Part shown: piece after piece, positions 1-10,729 of the stretch
Layout: each line of letters begins with the position of its first letter
How positions within the stretch are numbered: position 1 is the first letter of the stretch
Origin: an uncultured bacterium
GTDB lineage: Bacteria > Zixibacteria > MSB-5A5 > UBA10806
Assembly (NCBI GenBank): GCA_965541585.1
Contig: CBEUCH010000001.1
Coordinates: 320,001 to 384,000, forward strand
DNA length: 64,000 nucleotides
Direction: 5' to 3'
Translations under genes and position numbers: made by a program
Notes under the pieces: model-generated
Databases searched by the model: none
Seen by the model: the letters and a program-made list of their open reading frames with translations, nothing else
What the model was told of the DNA's origin: nothing

Positions 1-240
1 ATCTTCGGCATTTCGTATGGCGGTGGCGTTTTGATAGGAGAATCCCGCGCTGGACGAATAAAGGGAAATCAGAATTTTCTGGTGGCGCTTTATCTGGGGC
101 TCTGCCATGCGGTATTTGAAGATACGTTGATATTTGCATCTCTGGGGGCAAACGGATTGATTGTCTTATCGTCGCGGTTGCTTCTGGCGACAGCGGTTGT
201 TTTCGTAGTATCTTTTATCATAGGAGAACGAGGCGATTAG
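1..240 (+). CDS. 3' part of a membrane protein, nucleoside-recognition (Gate)/SpmB-like; truncated by the window edge
   Basis: Frame is open from position 1 (IFGISYGGGVLIGE...LCHAVFEDTLIF), a hydrophobic motif typical of Gate-domain proteins. Confidence 0.6.
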   Translation: MFGISYGGGVLIGESRAGRIKGNQNFLVALYLGLCHAVFEDTLIFASLGANGLIVLSSRLLLATAVVFVVSFIIGERGD

Positions 241-604
241 CAGGAAGAGCTTTGGAGATAGAGCCGAGAGGATAGCCGCAGATTATCTGATTTCCGAAAA
301 TTTCAATATCGAAGCGGTGAAGTGGCGTGAGAGTCGCTATGAACTTGATATAGTGGCCAGGAGAGCCGGCCTCCTGGTCTTCGTTGAGGTGAAAGCCTCC
401 AGCAGCGATACCTTCGGCCCCCCGGAACTTCGAGTGAATCGTACCAAGCAAAAAAGAATAGCCGCCGCCGCCCAGGAGTATCTCTCAGGGATTGAATATC
501 AACCGGATGAAATCCGATTCGACGTTATCGGTGTCGTCTGGCGGGAAGGGGAAAAGCCCGGGATAAGCCATGTCGAATCGGCATTTATTGTCGAGGATTA
601 TTAG
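236..604 (+). CDS. yraN: YraN family (UPF0102) PD-(D/E)XK nuclease-like protein
   Basis: ELDIVARR..LVFVEVK and RFDVIGV motifs. The conserved N-terminal G-x-x-A-E-x-x-A-x-x-Y-L (GDRAERIAADYL) lies upstream of the GTG at 317, so the start is placed at in-frame ATT 236 after AGGAG 222-226. Confidence 0.85.
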   Translation: MSRKSFGDRAERIAADYLISENFNIEAVKWRESRYELDIVARRAGLLVFVEVKASSSDTFGPPELRVNRTKQKRIAAAAQEYLSGIEYQPDEIRFDVIGVVWREGEKPGISHVESAFIVEDY

Positions 605-960
605 AAATTAAAAATAGTATCGGGAGTGTGTTTATTCTTCAGAGAATCGAGCCTGCCGACTATTCTTTCCCAGAGCAATAGCCGCCTTCCTGTGTCATCA
701 GAAATACTTTCGATATGCTGCAGCATCCAGCTGGAATCCGTGCCGTTCCGTGAAAAAATCCGCTCATATGCCAGTATCAGGGAATCGGGATCGCGCGTGA
801 ACATCTCCCTGGCTACCGCCAGTTGCGTGTAGGTTGAAACGAATTTGTCGTCATCGTTAGAGGTGGGATCTGCGCTCCGATATCGCTGAAATTGCATAAC
901 CGCGATGGCGGTTATTGCAGCGAATAGAACAATAATGACAAGAAGGCGTTTAGCCGCCAT
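601..960 (-). CDS. Small N-terminally anchored hypothetical protein (DUF4296-like helical domain)
   Basis: 119 aa with one N-terminal hydrophobic segment; overlaps the PPIase stop codon. Confidence 0.6.
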   Translation of the reverse strand: MAAKRLLVIIVLFAAITAIAVMQFQRYRSADPTSNDDDKFVSTYTQLAVAREMFTRDPDSLILAYERIFSRNGTDSSWMLQHIESISDDTGRRLLLWERIVGRLDSLKNKHTPDTIFNF

Positions 961-2809
961 AATAGAAGGACCGATAGTCTTCTATTTCTGCATTTTGCTT
1001 AGCCGAGTTTATCCATCTCGACCAGATTTCTCGACGTTCTTTATCCTGTGTGTTTTGCAGGAGAGAATCCTGCTGGGCGGCCAATAGCGTTGTATCGGCC
1101 GCTTGCCGGTCGACATATTTTAAGATATAGGACCCGGCACGAGATTCAACGGCCCTTGAAATCGGATTGTCCTCCGATAAGCTGAAGGCGGCCCCGATGA
1201 ATTCCGGATCGGAACCGATTTTGGGGACAAATTCATAGCGAGCGAAGTAGTCGGTTTCCTCGATTTGCTTTCCATCAGATGCGGCCATATCTTCGAATGA
1301 TTTCCCGTCCTCGATGTTTTGGCGAAGTCCGGCAGCGTGTTTTTGTGCCTCCTCGATTTGCTTTTGTGATAGCAGAGTTCGCTCGACCCGGTCTCTCACC
1401 TCCTCGAAAGGACTATAGCCCAGGGGGATCCTTTCATCGAGCTGGCAGACTATAAGAGAGTTTCTGGCAAGGATTACATCTGATATGTCACCGGCTTTAG
1501 CATCAAAGGCAAAATCGCTGATCTCCGGCACCGATCCGAGCTTTGGGATAAATCCACTCTTCGAAAAGGGTCCAGTCTTAATTATATCCATCTCGAAATC
1601 CTCGGCTGACTCTTCGAAACCATAGACAACGGCGTCCTGGACGAAACCGTTGGCCTTTTCCTCGATCGCAGCCAGGGTCGAAGGCGATGCAAAGACTTTC
1701 AGGAGGATATGGCTGGCTTTATATTCCATAGCCGGTTCATCTGCGGCGTCGTCCGGCTCCACCTCCCTTTTCCCGGTCAATTTCAAGATATGCAATCCAA
1801 ATTGGGTCTTCACCGGTTCGGAGATGTCGCTGATATTTTCCAGTTTCGACGCAGCTTCCCAGAATGGCTGGACCATTTTCCCTTCGCCGAACCATCCCAG
1901 ATCGCCCCCTTTGCTCCCTGAGCCGGTATCTTCCGAGAACTCTTTGGCCATCTCGGCGAAATTGGCCCCGGCCATCAGCTCGTTGTAAAGGGAATCCATA
2001 CGTTGCCGTACTATAGCTAAATCTTCGTCGCCCGGAGATTTGACGAACTGGATGTAGGAGACGGCGACCTGCTCGGGACTTCTGTAATTTTCCTTATCGG
2101 CTTCGTATTTAGAGAGGATCTCAGATTCCGGTATATCTGCAATTGAATCCTCGAAATCACTTCTCGGAATGAGGATATATTTTACCTTAACCTTTTCATT
2201 CTTCTCGATGAATGAATCTCTGACTTCGGCCTCCGTTACACGCACCATCGACGTTATAAATTCCTGTAATCTATTGATCAATAGCTGTTGCCTGATCTGA
2301 TCTTCGAAGCCGCTGATAAACCTTAATAGATCCGGTTGATTGGATGACGCCATCTGTTGAAGCCATACCTGATATTTCTGGATATCGAAATAGCCATCGG
2401 TCTGGAATTCCGGCAACTGTAATAGATCCTGCGGGGGACTTATCCGCATATACTCGGCCACCTCGGCGGTAGTAATCTCTATACCGTGACGCCTGGCTTG
2501 GATTTCCAGGGTGGTTATGGTTATCAAATTATTCCAGATCTCGTCTCTGATCTTCTCCATCTGCTCTTCGGTCGTTTCTTCATCTTCCTGGAGCAAGGCC
2601 CGCAGACGAGGCCGATAGACATTCTCGAAGACCATCAATGGTATGTCTATGCCATCGACCGTACCTATCACTCCGGGCGGCGCAGCCTTCCCACCCCGTG
2701 TGGGGTCCGCGAAGATCGATGTCAAGCCTTGGAGTATCATAAAGCCGGCAAAGGCTATAAGGACGAAAAAGAATACTATTTTCGCGGAATTCCGCATTGT
2801 CTGCATCAT
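950..2809 (-). CDS. PpiD/SurA-type periplasmic chaperone, parvulin peptidyl-prolyl isomerase
   Basis: N-terminal TM anchor, SurA N-domain, parvulin motif FAEMAKEFSEDTGSGSKGGDLGWF...PVKTQFGLHI. Confidence 0.9.
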   Translation of the reverse strand: MMQTMRNSAKIVFFFVLIAFAGFMILQGLTSIFADPTRGGKAAPPGVIGTVDGIDIPLMVFENVYRPRLRALLQEDEETTEEQMEKIRDEIWNNLITITTLEIQARRHGIEITTAEVAEYMRISPPQDLLQLPEFQTDGYFDIQKYQVWLQQMASSNQPDLLRFISGFEDQIRQQLLINRLQEFITSMVRVTEAEVRDSFIEKNEKVKVKYILIPRSDFEDSIADIPESEILSKYEADKENYRSPEQVAVSYIQFVKSPGDEDLAIVRQRMDSLYNELMAGANFAEMAKEFSEDTGSGSKGGDLGWFGEGKMVQPFWEAASKLENISDISEPVKTQFGLHILKLTGKREVEPDDAADEPAMEYKASHILLKVFASPSTLAAIEEKANGFVQDAVVYGFEESAEDFEMDIIKTGPFSKSGFIPKLGSVPEISDFAFDAKAGDISDVILARNSLIVCQLDERIPLGYSPFEEVRDRVERTLLSQKQIEEAQKHAAGLRQNIEDGKSFEDMAASDGKQIEETDYFARYEFVPKIGSDPEFIGAAFSLSEDNPISRAVESRAGSYILKYVDRQAADTTLLAAQQDSLLQNTQDKERREIWSRWINSAKQNAEIEDYRSFYYGG

Positions 2810-2973
2810 AATATCAACTCTCCACTCTCATTCCATCCTGTAATTATTTCGGCAAGATCTCTCAAAACCCCATAATATAAGGCTATTATACTTCATCGCA
2901 AGCAGAAAAGGGAACTGTGATCGGCATCAGAGTGATATCCTATGACTGGATTAACCATAGGGGAATATACATG

Positions 2974-4701
2974 TTAGCTATTTCCGTTGTCGGCGAGATC
3001 AATTAGAGCATTCTGGAGCCTGATATGCTTCTGGAGAAGCCTTATATAGTTCTTCTCTCGTCCGGCAGCCTTAGATCTAATTATCCTCGACAGGAGTCGT
3101 TTTTCGGATCCGCTCCAGGTTGACAGGCCGGGGATTGACGCCAGAATGAGGCTCCAGCGTCTGAATTGAAGCCGTTCGGAAGCCGTCCACGATTTTAAAT
3201 TGTCCACGCCAAGAACGTTTTTTGCGAATTTCATTGAATCCCGCTCTGCTTCTCGGCCGTCTCCTGAATAATTTTCTGCTATCATGCGAGTCAGGGAAAA
3301 AGCGATCCTCGAAACCTGAAGCTCCTCGTAGGGCTCTTCGATCATCGGCCTCAGATCAATCACCATATCGCTCAGGGCCAGTTTCTTTAATGTCTTGATA
3401 TCCGTGCGATAAGCTCTATCCTTGCGTATTCTCGACCACTCATTCTGTGCCAGTTCATTTATCCCGGGGTCGATTGATCGAAATCCGAGCTTGAAATAGA
3501 ACCAGAACGAACCTGATTGAAGCCCCTCCTCATTTTCGTGGCCGACCTGCCACTGGCGCATAAGAAATGCTCTCGCACCGAAGTGGTGATAAAAGACCCT
3601 TAAAAAATGTTCGAAGATCAACGATGCTTCCCCCGAACGGAAAGTATCGAAAACATTTATCGCAATCTCGCATCGCTCAAAGAGTAAAACTGCGATCCCG
3701 TAGCCTATGGGAACGCCATTTTTGATCAACAGAGCACTGTAGTTGGTCTCCAGCGGCATCCGGTCATCGGCACGCATTCCCAGTATGAAAATCTCCAGCC
3801 CCCGCCCCGGTGATGTTAAGTATACCTCCGCAGGGTTGGCGTAAAGGACAGGATAGAGTTCTCTGTGACGGGGCAACTGGGCTCGAATGAGAGTATCTAT
3901 GATCTCCGAACCGGCCTTCGCCGACAAAAGCGAAATTTCCGGCGCCGTCTTTTTGACAGATTTTCTGAGATCGATCTTCTGCTTTTTCAATGGCACTCTC
4001 TGGAAATATATTTTCCGGGGAGGATTCTTGGCCAGGGTCCGAGCTGCCCTGGTCATTCCGAGATGCCATATGAGCGTCAATTCAGAATTATCATACAGAT
4101 ACTGTTTTATCTCGAACGGGGCCTGGATCCGGTTGAGCTTCTCCAGAAGCCAGCTTAAGGAGGTCTGGCTGTTGCCGACTGCTCTTGTAATCCAGTCCTC
4201 GGTGGTAAGATCTTCATCATCGACACCATCGTTCTCCATATACAATGCAAACATACTCAACATTCCCGAGATCGGGTCGGACTCCTTCTCCGCATAATCG
4301 TCCCAGTCTATATCCACCGACGGGCCATAATTGTCCACCAGCCAGCGGGTCATATGGATATTGTAAGGATAGTGAATCCTGGTATCCACTATGCCGGTAT
4401 CATCGATCCTGTCATCATCGGGCCCGTTGACCTCCCTGAAGTATTCGACTCTCCCTGCAAAATCGGCCAGCTCATTGTCAATCAGCTTTAGAAGAAGGGA
4501 ATTATCCGGATAAGCCTGTAGAAAACACAATGTTTCGTGGTATTTGATAAGAAGTCGAGGATTCCTGATCCTGCTTTCTCTGAGTTTTTCGATGACGGCG
4601 ATTTTTCTCTTCGCGTCTGACGGCGAAAATAGAGCCTTAAGCCCTGCAAGCGATTCAATCAGTTGATTGGTTCTGGCGGTGGGTGTTAATCTTCTGGTCA
4701 T
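2974..4701 (-). CDS. Hypothetical cytoplasmic protein, possible GNAT-like C-terminal fold
   Basis: 575 aa ORF; the segment SGSFWFYFKLGFR resembles GNAT motif B. Confidence 0.7.
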   Translation of the reverse strand: MTRRLTPTARTNQLIESLAGLKALFSPSDAKRKIAVIEKLRESRIRNPRLLIKYHETLCFLQAYPDNSLLLKLIDNELADFAGRVEYFREVNGPDDDRIDDTGIVDTRIHYPYNIHMTRWLVDNYGPSVDIDWDDYAEKESDPISGMLSMFALYMENDGVDDEDLTTEDWITRAVGNSQTSLSWLLEKLNRIQAPFEIKQYLYDNSELTLIWHLGMTRAARTLAKNPPRKIYFQRVPLKKQKIDLRKSVKKTAPEISLLSAKAGSEIIDTLIRAQLPRHRELYPVLYANPAEVYLTSPGRGLEIFILGMRADDRMPLETNYSALLIKNGVPIGYGIAVLLFERCEIAINVFDTFRSGEASLIFEHFLRVFYHHFGARAFLMRQWQVGHENEEGLQSGSFWFYFKLGFRSIDPGINELAQNEWSRIRKDRAYRTDIKTLKKLALSDMVIDLRPMIEEPYEELQVSRIAFSLTRMIAENYSGDGREAERDSMKFAKNVLGVDNLKSWTASERLQFRRWSLILASIPGLSTWSGSEKRLLSRIIRSKAAGREKNYIRLLQKHIRLQNALIDLADNGNS

Positions 4702-4934
4702 TACTGCTTCCCTGTATTGGCGCTATATGATATTATAAGATTGATGGTTGAATTTTCACAGCAGTTTATTGGGGAGCGTAGGGCAATGCCGGGCATATAA
4801 CCTCTAACCTGCTACGAGAAAACGTCTTAATCCTTCGCATATCCGCTTATAACCGAAAACGATTCGCTATAGCGTCGAAAAAGAGAAATAATTTCGTCTA
4901 AAAAACGAAACCTTCTTATGCAACATCCGTAATA

Positions 4935-4960
4935 TAACGCATGTTAGATAACAAATGTTT
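4935..4960. promoter_or_regulatory. Tandem imperfect palindromes, candidate TetR operators
   Basis: TAACGCATGTTA (4935-4946) and TAACAAATGTTT (4949-4960) immediately upstream of the TetR gene. Confidence 0.5.
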
Positions 4961-4974
4961 GATTTGGAGATGAT

Positions 4975-5541
4975 ATGCCGCCAAAAACCGTTTTTACAAG
5001 AAATGATGTAATAGAGGCCGCATTCGAGATTGTGCAAAGGCAAGGGATGCACGAGCTTACAGCTCGCAAAGTGGCCTTGGAGTTAGAATCGTCCACAGCC
5101 CCCGTCTATAGCAATTTCGATTCGATGAAACTTCTCGAACGCGAGGTGATCAGGAAAGCCAAGGATTTGCTTTTAGGCTATACCAAAAGACCGTATACCA
5201 AAAGAGTGTTTCTGAATATGGGTACCGGATACGCCATATTTGCACGGGAACATTGCAAGCTTTTCAGCGCCATATTTTTAGAGAGGGGCGACTTCAAAGA
5301 TATTGTCGATGAGTTTTTAGAGTCATTAAGGAAAGAGTTGGTAAATGACAAGAGATTTACCACTATGTCTTCCGAACGCAGGGACGCTCTTCTTTTGAAG
5401 ATGTGGATATTCACTCACGGTCTCGCCACACTGATATGCGTGGGACTTTCTGAGGACAATAGCGACGAGTACATAATCAAAACTCTTTTGGCCGTAGGCG
5501 GCGCCGTTATCGGGGCGGCCCTGGCTCAACCCGAAAATTAA
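4975..5541 (+). CDS. TetR/AcrR family transcriptional regulator
   Basis: N-terminal HTH (AAFEIVQRQGMHELTARKVALELESSTAPVYSNF) and WHG-type C-terminus (WIFTHG). Confidence 0.92.
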   Translation: MPPKTVFTRNDVIEAAFEIVQRQGMHELTARKVALELESSTAPVYSNFDSMKLLEREVIRKAKDLLLGYTKRPYTKRVFLNMGTGYAIFAREHCKLFSAIFLERGDFKDIVDEFLESLRKELVNDKRFTTMSSERRDALLLKMWIFTHGLATLICVGLSEDNSDEYIIKTLLAVGGAVIGAALAQPEN

Positions 5542-5569
5542 TTATCTAAATTTTTACAGGAGAAGTAAG

Positions 5570-7876
5570 ATGAAACCCAAAACTACTCTTTTCATTCTCA
5601 TGTTGATCTGCTCGAGCTTCGCGGTCAACACAGCTGTCAGGGGGCAGGACGTTCCCCAGGGGACTATAAAAGGACGCGTCATAGATAGTGAAACAAAAGC
5701 TCCCCTTCCCGGAGTGTCAGTTCTTATCGCGGCTCCTGCTATGGGCGCAAACGCTGATGTCGATGGTAATTTCACAATCAACAATGTGCAGGTCGGCAAT
5801 TACACGTTAAAGTTCAGTTGTATCGGCTATGATCCCTTTTCGAAAACCGATATAATTGTCAAACCGAAAAGGATAACATTTGTAAATGCCGAGCTCAACG
5901 TATCGCCTCTTCAGATGAACGATGTGGTAGTCACGAACGGGTATTTCTCACGGAAAGAGGATCAGCCGACAAGCTCCATCAATTTCTCCTCCGAGGAGAT
6001 ACGCAGAGCCCCCGGTTCGGCGGGCGATGTAAGCCGCATCATAATGGGGCTTCCCAGTATCGCGAAAGTCAACGATCAGGTAAACAGCCTTATAGTCCGC
6101 GGCGGAAGTCCCATGGAGAACGCTTTTTATATCGATAATATCGAAATACCGAACATCAACCATTACCCGACCCAGGGATCATCGGGCGGTCCGATAGGGC
6201 TTTTGAATGTCGATTTCATTCAGGATGTCGAATTCTCGTCGGGCGGTTTCTCCAGCGCCTACGGTGATAGATTATCATCCGTGATGGAGCTATCGTTCAG
6301 AGAAGGCAACCGGGATGAGTTGGACGGACAGCTGGATATGGCCTTCGCGGGATTCGGATTTACGGGCGAGGGCCCCATCGCAAACGGCCAGGGTTCATGG
6401 CTCTTTTCCGCCAGGAGGAGCTTTCTTGATCTGCTGGTGGACGCTATCGGCACAGGTGTCGCTCCGGAATACAGCGATTACCAGGGAAAGCTCGTTTACG
6501 ATCCGACGCCTAACGATAAACTTACCTTATTGGGTGTGATGGGAATCGATTACATCGGTTTCGGTAAAGATCAGGCGATAGAGGACGGTAATATCACTTA
6601 CGGCAAAACCGATGTCATAGAGGGGGTGTCGGGAGTAAACTGGCGTCATCTCTGGAACGCAAAAGGGTATTCCAATACGTCGGTTTCATACATTGCGACC
6701 AAAAGCATAGCGGATTACTACGAAGCCAGAACCGATTTAAATATAATGGATAACAATTCCCTCGAGTCCGCCGCTCAGCTTCGCAATGTGAACTTTTATC
6801 GCTTTAACCCATCTCATCAACTTGAGTTCGGTGTTGAGGGGAAAATAGTCGGGGCCGATTACGATAATTTCCTTTCCGAATATACCGACGCTCTGGGTAA
6901 TACCACTCCGGAAAGCAGGATAGACGACCGGATCTCGTCACAGAAAGTCGGGGTCTTCGCCAATTACACGTGGAAACCGTTCGATAGGCTTTCTTTGACC
7001 CCCGGTGCGAGATTTGATTATTTCGCCTATAACGAAAACAGCCATGTCTCCCCGAGGTTTTCCCTCTCTTACAAAATCAGCCAGAAAACGTCGATAAACG
7101 GAGCAGCCGGAATATATTATCAAAACCTGCCTCTGATCATTCTCTCTCAGCGGGAAGAGAATAAAAACCTAAAAGATCCTGTCGCCTATCATTACATATT
7201 GGGAATCAACCATCTTCTAACCGAGAACACGAGGCTGACTCTGGAGGTTTACGATAAAGAGTATGACAATTTCCCGCTTGATCCAACAACACCGACATTA
7301 TTTGTCCTGGATGAGTTATCCTACCGTTACGGATTCTTTTTCGATCATGCGACTCTTGTCGATGACGGCAAAGCCTACTCGCGCGGAGTTGAATTGACAA
7401 TCCAGAAAAAGCTGGCCGCTGATTTTTACGGTCTGGTAAGCGGTTCTTATTTCAGATCCCGTTATCAGGATCTCAATGGTGTTTGGAAAGACAGGGTATT
7501 CGATAACCGCTACACATTCAGCGCCGAAGGTGGCTATAAGCCGAACAACAAATGGGAGTTCAGTTTGCGCTGGATCTACGCCGGCGGCGCTCCATACACA
7601 CCGTTTGATATAGCGGCCTCGGAGGCCATAAACAGGGGAGTCTTTGACGGAAGCAAGATAAACGAGGTCCGTTATTCCGATTACCATTCGCTGAATATTC
7701 GATTTGACAGGAGATTCAATTTCAAAGGATCCAACTTGATATTTTACTTCAGCGTCTGGAACGCCTATAATCAGAAAAACGTGGCCTCTTATTACTGGAA
7801 TGAGATTGAAAACAAAAAGGATACCACAAACCAATGGGGCTTTTTGCCGGTTTTCGGCTTAGAATATGAATTCTGA
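5570..7876 (+). CDS. TonB-dependent outer-membrane receptor with carboxypeptidase-regulatory-like N-domain
   Basis: Signal peptide, GTIKGRVIDSETKAPLPGVSV, plug motif VRGGSP.EN, terminal YEF. Confidence 0.92.
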   Translation: MKPKTTLFILMLICSSFAVNTAVRGQDVPQGTIKGRVIDSETKAPLPGVSVLIAAPAMGANADVDGNFTINNVQVGNYTLKFSCIGYDPFSKTDIIVKPKRITFVNAELNVSPLQMNDVVVTNGYFSRKEDQPTSSINFSSEEIRRAPGSAGDVSRIIMGLPSIAKVNDQVNSLIVRGGSPMENAFYIDNIEIPNINHYPTQGSSGGPIGLLNVDFIQDVEFSSGGFSSAYGDRLSSVMELSFREGNRDELDGQLDMAFAGFGFTGEGPIANGQGSWLFSARRSFLDLLVDAIGTGVAPEYSDYQGKLVYDPTPNDKLTLLGVMGIDYIGFGKDQAIEDGNITYGKTDVIEGVSGVNWRHLWNAKGYSNTSVSYIATKSIADYYEARTDLNIMDNNSLESAAQLRNVNFYRFNPSHQLEFGVEGKIVGADYDNFLSEYTDALGNTTPESRIDDRISSQKVGVFANYTWKPFDRLSLTPGARFDYFAYNENSHVSPRFSLSYKISQKTSINGAAGIYYQNLPLIILSQREENKNLKDPVAYHYILGINHLLTENTRLTLEVYDKEYDNFPLDPTTPTLFVLDELSYRYGFFFDHATLVDDGKAYSRGVELTIQKKLAADFYGLVSGSYFRSRYQDLNGVWKDRVFDNRYTFSAEGGYKPNNKWEFSLRWIYAGGAPYTPFDIAASEAINRGVFDGSKINEVRYSDYHSLNIRFDRRFNFKGSNLIFYFSVWNAYNQKNVASYYWNEIENKKDTTNQWGFLPVFGLEYEF

Positions 7877-7938
7877 TTGACATTTAGCACGGAGATGTTC
7901 CAGGAAGATTTAAGGTGATTTAAGGGAATGGTTGAACC

Positions 7939-8775
7939 ATGGAAACTCACCAGATCTGGACTACTATCAGGTCGATTATTGTCATAGTCGTCAGCCTGTA
8001 TGTTGTTCTCATAATCGTCGTTTGGTTTTTTCAATCGCGTCTCATCTATTTTCCTCAAAGTGCGATAGCCATGACGCCTGATCAGATAAAGCTTCCGTAC
8101 GAAGTGATAAGTTTTGAGGCATCGGATGGAGTAAAGCTCTCGGGCTGGTTCATTCCGGCTGAGAACAGCAGAGGCGTGATTCTGTTCTGTCACGGGAATG
8201 CAGGCAATATATCCCATCGCCTGGAATCAATCCTCATTTTCAATCGTCTGTCTCTTGACGTGTTCATTTTCGACTATAGGGGCTACGGTCAGAGCGAGGG
8301 TAAACCAACCGAGCAGGGAACATATCTCGACGCGGAGGCGGCTTGGGATTACCTGGTCGAGAATCGAGAGGCTGATCCGACTAAGATAATCATCTTCGGC
8401 AGATCGTTGGGTGGGGCCGTGGCTTCGTGGCTGGCGAAGGCTCAAATACCCGGCGCGTTGATTGTGGAGTCCGCATTTACCTCCATTCCGGATATCGGAG
8501 CCGAAGTGTATCCATTCCTTCCAGTCAGGCTGCTGTCGCGCATCAACTACTCTACTATCGACCACATTCACGATGTGACATGCCCGGTCCTGATAGTGCA
8601 CAGCCGCGACGATGAATTAATATCTTTCAATCACGGGCTGAAAATCTTCGAAGCGGCAAACGAGCCGAAAGATCTGCTTGAAATATCAGGCTCTCATAAT
8701 GACGGATTCTTGGTCTCAGCAGGAAAATATGAAATCGGTCTCAACCTTTTTATTTCCGCTAATATCGGCAGGTAA
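7939..8775 (+). CDS. Alpha/beta hydrolase (ABHD13/Bem46-like)
   Basis: HGNAGN, DYRGYG, nucleophile GRSLG, HSRDD, HND. Confidence 0.92.
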   Translation: METHQIWTTIRSIIVIVVSLYVVLIIVVWFFQSRLIYFPQSAIAMTPDQIKLPYEVISFEASDGVKLSGWFIPAENSRGVILFCHGNAGNISHRLESILIFNRLSLDVFIFDYRGYGQSEGKPTEQGTYLDAEAAWDYLVENREADPTKIIIFGRSLGGAVASWLAKAQIPGALIVESAFTSIPDIGAEVYPFLPVRLLSRINYSTIDHIHDVTCPVLIVHSRDDELISFNHGLKIFEAANEPKDLLEISGSHNDGFLVSAGKYEIGLNLFISANIGR

Positions 8776-8962
8776 GATATCTTAAACCCATGCCGTCTGA
8801 CATTATCCCTGGAATCCGGCTTTTTGGCATAGCATTGATAGGCATAAAATGCTAAATTACTTGTTGTTTTGATGGGTGAATCCGGTGCTGTTTCGCCCGA
8901 TATTGGGTAGCAACGGTTACGAAATGATAGAACTGTAAACAACATTTAGAGAGACTTTCCCG

Positions 8963-10648
8963 ATGACTGAAGCCAAATCTCCACGACCTTCCAATTTTAT
9001 CAAAGATATAATTGATGAGGATCTGAAGAATAATAAGAACGACGGTCGGGTTCATACCCGGTTTCCGCCGGAGCCGAACGGTTATTTGCATATCGGACAT
9101 GCCAAAGCGATCTGTCTTGATTTCGGCCTCGCCGCCGAATACGGAGGCTTGTGCAATCTCCGTTTCGATGATACCAATCCGACCAAGGAGGAGGCTGAGT
9201 ACGTTCAATCTATCGAGCAGGATATCCGATGGCTCGGATTTCACTGGGGAGATCGCTTGTATTACGCCTCGGATTATTACGACCAACTTTACGAGTATGC
9301 GGTTGAGCTAGTCAAAAAGGGCAAGGCCTACGTTGACGATCTCAGCCCCGATGAAATTAGAGAGTATCGGGGAACATTGACGAAGCCGGGCAGGGAGAGT
9401 CCCTATCGAAACCGATCGGTCGAGGAAAACCTGACGCTGTTCGAGGGGATGCGGGCCGGAGATTTCCCCGACGGTTCCAGGGTGCTGCGGGCCAAGATCG
9501 ATATGGCATCGGGCAATCTGAATATGAGAGACCCGGTTATATACCGCATACTGAAGGCGACTCACCATCGGACCGGAGACAAATGGTGCATCTATCCGAT
9601 GTATGATTGGGCTCACGGACAGTCGGACTCCATCGAGGGGATCACGCATTCTGTTTGCACCCTGGAATTCGAGGATCACCGGCCACTTTACGACTGGTTT
9701 GTAGAGCAGCTCGGAATCTTCGCCCCGCAGCAAATCGAATTCGCGCGCCTTAATCTGACATATACCGTGATGAGCAAACGGAAACTTCTGCAGTTGGTGG
9801 ATGAGGGTCAAGTCAATGGCTGGGACGATCCCCGGCTGCCCACCCTCTGCGGCCTTAGAAGGCGCGGCTATACGCCTGAGTCGATTCGCAATTTCTTAGA
9901 TCGGATTGGAGTGGCCAAACGGGCTAGTAATGTCGATGTCGCCTTGCTGGAGCATACGCTCCGGGAGGAGCTCAATAAGAGTGCCCAGCGCGTTATGGCG
10001 GTTCTGCGTCCTCTGAAAGTGGTTATTGATAACTACCCTGAAGACCAGGTGGAGGAGCTGGATTGCGTGAATAATCCCGAAGATTCGTCCATGGGGACCC
10101 GCAAGGTGCCATTTTCCAGGGTGCTGTATATAGAGCGCGAGGATTTCCGTGAGGACCCACACAAGAAATTCTATCGTTTAGCCCCGGGCCGCGAGGTGCG
10201 TCTGCGGTATGCTTACTTTATCAAGTGTGTCGATGCCATAAAAGATGATAGCGGCGATGTGGTCGAGTTGCGCTGTACATATGATCCCGATACCCGCGGT
10301 GGTGATGCTCCCGACGGCCGCAAGGTCAAGGCTACGCTGCACTGGGTCTCCGCCGATCATTCGCTACCGGCCGAGGTGCGGCTCTATGATCATCTATTCA
10401 CCAGGGAAGATCCCGGCGATGTCGAGGAGGGGAAAGACTGGAAAGATAATGTTAATCCCGATTCACTGGAGATCTTGAGGGGATGCCGTCTGGAGCCTTT
10501 TTTACAGAGCGCCAAACCCGGCGATCGTTTCCAGTTTGAACGGCAGGGCTATTTCTGCGTTGACCCCGATACAACACCCGGCAATCTCGCCTTCAACCGC
10601 ACCGTGGGCTTGCGGGATACCTGGGCGAAGATAGAAAAGAAGCTGTAA
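8963..10648 (+). CDS. glnS: Glutaminyl-tRNA synthetase
   Basis: [15 protein letters not shown] (HIGH), MSKR motif, FQFERQGYF. Confidence 0.97.
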   Translation: MTEAKSPRPSNFIKDIIDEDLKNNKNDGRVHTRFPPEPNGYLHIGHAKAICLDFGLAAEYGGLCNLRFDDTNPTKEEAEYVQSIEQDIRWLGFHWGDRLYYASDYYDQLYEYAVELVKKGKAYVDDLSPDEIREYRGTLTKPGRESPYRNRSVEENLTLFEGMRAGDFPDGSRVLRAKIDMASGNLNMRDPVIYRILKATHHRTGDKWCIYPMYDWAHGQSDSIEGITHSVCTLEFEDHRPLYDWFVEQLGIFAPQQIEFARLNLTYTVMSKRKLLQLVDEGQVNGWDDPRLPTLCGLRRRGYTPESIRNFLDRIGVAKRASNVDVALLEHTLREELNKSAQRVMAVLRPLKVVIDNYPEDQVEELDCVNNPEDSSMGTRKVPFSRVLYIEREDFREDPHKKFYRLAPGREVRLRYAYFIKCVDAIKDDSGDVVELRCTYDPDTRGGDAPDGRKVKATLHWVSADHSLPAEVRLYDHLFTREDPGDVEEGKDWKDNVNPDSLEILRGCRLEPFLQSAKPGDRFQFERQGYFCVDPDTTPGNLAFNRTVGLRDTWAKIEKKL

Positions 10649-10690
10649 AGCGATTTAGAGACTTTCAGGATCTTAATATCAGTTCTTTTG

Positions 10691-10717
10691 CTGGTAACGA
10701 AGCGCCGCTTCGTTACC
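10691..10717 (+). repeat. REP family A copy 1 (upstream of RAYT)
   Basis: CT-GGTAACGAAGC-GCC-GCTTCGTTACC, perfect 11-bp stem. Confidence 0.85.
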
Positions 10718-10729
10718 TAGTATGAAGTC

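Noticed and set aside
4777..4816. CGTAG...CTACG possible GTAG-type REP
   Set aside because: The internal stem is too weak and no second copy was seen
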